From: Antedon mediterranea
Taxonomy: Eukaryota > Animalia > Echinodermata
DNA: 64,000 nucleotides
Direction of reading: 5' to 3'
NCBI RefSeq assembly: GCF_964355755.1
Contig: NC_092670.1
Span: 39,544,388 to 39,608,387 of the forward strand
Position numbers and translations under genes: made by a program. Of this stretch, positions 61,693-64,000 are shown one piece after another. Under the pieces are notes generated by a model. It saw only the letters and a list, made by a program, of their open reading frames with translations. It was not told the DNA's origin and searched no databases. Positions within the stretch are counted from its first letter, which is position 1. Each line of letters starts with the position of its first letter.

Positions 61693-61763
61693 TGTTAAAT
61701 AATTTGTTTAATTAAGAAGCCACAATGTGTGACACACACCACAGCGTTATGTAGTCATATGCG

Positions 61764-61835
61764 GCTTCTTGGCGTAGTGGTTATGACGTTTGCTTAACAC
61801 GCAGAAGGTACCTAGTTCGAGCCCGGGCGAAAGCT
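61764..61835 (+). pseudogene. tRNA-Val(AAC) pseudogene
   Basis: Anticodon arm TTTGC-TTAACAC-GCAGA, GTTCGAGCC B-box and oligo-T terminator; acceptor and T stems are disrupted. Confidence 0.7.
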
Positions 61836-62049
61836 TTTTTTTTAAACTTTATGGTGAAAAGTACTGTATACGCAATATGATAATTATACACAGTATATCT
61901 TATTTTTATTATTTTTTTAAATACTTATTTTGTGTAATCGGTAATTATCACTTTTACACATGTTTATTTTGCTTTGTGCTTATTACCATATGTAGTTGTA
62001 ATTAAAATGGATTAAAAAACTTTGTGTAATCCACATTTTAAGTGTAAGA

Positions 62050-62121
62050 GATTTCGTAGTGTAGTGGTTGTCAAGTCTGCTTAACACGCAGAAGGTCCCG
62101 GTTCGAGCCCTGGCGAAACCT
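62050..62121 (+). pseudogene. tRNA-Val(AAC), probably a pseudogene
   Basis: TCTGC-TTAACAC-GCAGA arm intact, A and B boxes present, T-run follows; mismatches in the acceptor, D and T stems. Confidence 0.75.
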
Positions 62122-62188
62122 ATTTTTTCTTTAACTTTATGGTGAAATATACTGTATACATAATATGATATAGAGTATATCTCGTTTT

Positions 62189-62533
62189 ATTACTCGGGGT
62201 ACCGGAGTCTAGGACTCTCTCATCTTTTCCTCTTCTTCTTCCATCCGGACACTATTGAGCAAAAAGTGCGATTTATAAAGTACTACTCCTCCCTTATTCG
62301 TTGTAGTATTGAGCTCGGATTTAGCATGAATATACTACAGGGACATGTCCTCAAAGCGATAGAGCCGGAATTTTAAATTTCAAACCGGATGCAGCCATAT
62401 CACGTCTCAAAGATGGTACCGTATAGCCGTATTTGGTAGCGCGGTTATTGATGTGTATGCGACGTTACATCCGGTCTTATGACGTCATTACAGCTTCTTT
62501 CGCTGTACCCCGAGTATTGCACATTCGTGCTTG
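62189..62533 (+). mobile_element. HINE-like element, second copy
   Basis: Aligns end to end with 61355-61692; same termini. Confidence 0.75.
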
Positions 62534-64000
62534 TTCAATCAAGCGGCTAGCTAGGTATACACAATTAAAAAAAAAATTCTCTTTCAAAAATCCTCATTTA
62601 TGGTTCTCATTCGTGGTTGGATATTTTATAAAAAAGACAGAAGCCTTGTAAACCTTAGTCTTCACTCCATTTTAGAAACTGTTGGTGAGGCCGAAATTAA
62701 TTTCTGTGCCTCCTTGTGGTTTTTTGTAATTACAATTGTTATGATTTACGCAATTGAATAAATCAATAAGAAGTAAAGAAATCTCAGTGATTCAGCAAAT
62801 GTACAAACTTTTTATATAAAAGTATTGACGACTTAGACAGCGAGTGCAATCATCCGATAAGTAAAGAAAAAGTGAATAAAAAATTATAAAGATCAAAGAG
62901 CCGATTTACGCTTGTGGACAAAATATTTTGATTTGACCTTTTTACTTGGTATAAAAAAAATGTCAAAATACTTTAGGTTGCTAAATGTAAATAGTGTATG
63001 GCATTACAAGAACGTCATGCTAAGTATAAAAACAACTTTTCCACCAAAGTTTGTTTTTGCAATTCTTCGCTTTTTTACAGCACTACAAAAACAGTTTATT
63101 CGGTAAAAAAGTAATACAAAACTTACGCTTCAATATGGGCGCTACTATCCCATGAACTAGTTCATGATTATCAGGTAATGTGACAAATAACGACACGATG
63201 CAACACCCGAACTGTCACCTGATTGGTCAACTTGCTTTGCGCCTAGTATACAGTTATATACATGACCTTATTTGGTCTGATATCGAGTTTTTTTTGTTTA
63301 ATTTATTTATTTATGTGTTTATTTATTATGTATTTACTTGTTTTGCTTTCAACAGTAACTTCTGTCACTGTCGCGTTTTTTAGGCCTACCATAGGCTAGC
63401 TATTAATTATTTCGTTTTGAAGTAGTAGCTAAAAAGGCAGTAGGCCTATAGTACAATTGAAATATAATAATATAAACATATATAAAACAAGGTTTTCTTT
63501 CTTTAAAAACTGCTGAGTCGTCTTCAATTATTTAACTTAATTCCTCGGCTGTAAGTTTGCACAATAAGGATTATTTTTTTATTTGAGGAAAGGAGACGTA
63601 TTGTTACGAATCTTGTATCTGAATATGTATCACAAAATAATATATAATAACACTTTTTTTGGAAAATGACACAGCTATAAATTCAATTGACTAAGTAGTT
63701 TCTGGTTAACAACAATGCATTAGCCTCCTAAAGATAACGAGTGTCGGAATCAAATGCAATTTATTTCTGAAAGAGTTACAAATGCTATTGAATTCTATAG
63801 AGTTCTATAGAAAATTGTATAGAGCTCTGTGGTATTCTAGAAGTACAACATTTCCATGAAAACCTATTTCAATTTCTATAGAATTTATTTCATCATCCGC
63901 ATAATAAACATGTATTTCTAATAAAAGTGGCGGCACCAAGAAAGCAAATGCTTTTGTCAGGGACGCCTAACAAAACAGGACAAAATAATATATACCGTAT

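Noticed and set aside
61764-62121. Functional tRNA-Val genes
   Set aside because: Both copies have several stem mismatches or deletions, so they are called pseudogenes pending tRNAscan-SE.

Overview
AT-rich, intron-rich animal DNA, probably an invertebrate deuterostome such as an echinoderm (inferred from the HYR-rich receptor and Deu-type SINEs). I reconstructed four spliced genes by hand from splice signals and reading frames. (1) Ferroportin/SLC40A1 on + (1117-5438; start exon not found). (2) A Cys-type SelO-like AMPylase on - (7367-15086) with a possible signal peptide and a 2.7-kb 21-bp minisatellite in one intron. (3) A ~510-aa seven-TM protein on - (15997-20250) resembling the gustatory-receptor-like/7TM ion channel superfamily. 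(4) A giant adhesion GPCR on - (22374 to at least 60993, roughly 5,500 aa): LDLa x2, YWTD propeller, (C-type lectin, HYR, HYR) x2, ~47 HYR exons in total, EGF, Ig, SEA, HRM-like, GAIN/GPS, 7TM. The receptor is the most notable system. Its stalk is expanding through a mosaic two-exon HYR array that has propagated a GC-AG donor. Its two recently duplicated lectin domains are nearly identical except in the sugar-binding exon (10 aa changes against 3 silent changes). Two of its splice junctions are themselves tandemly amplified. Introns carry many MITEs, SINEs, two Helentron-type elements and two tRNA-Val pseudogenes. No database search was run: family assignments rest on motif recognition and all counts are manual.
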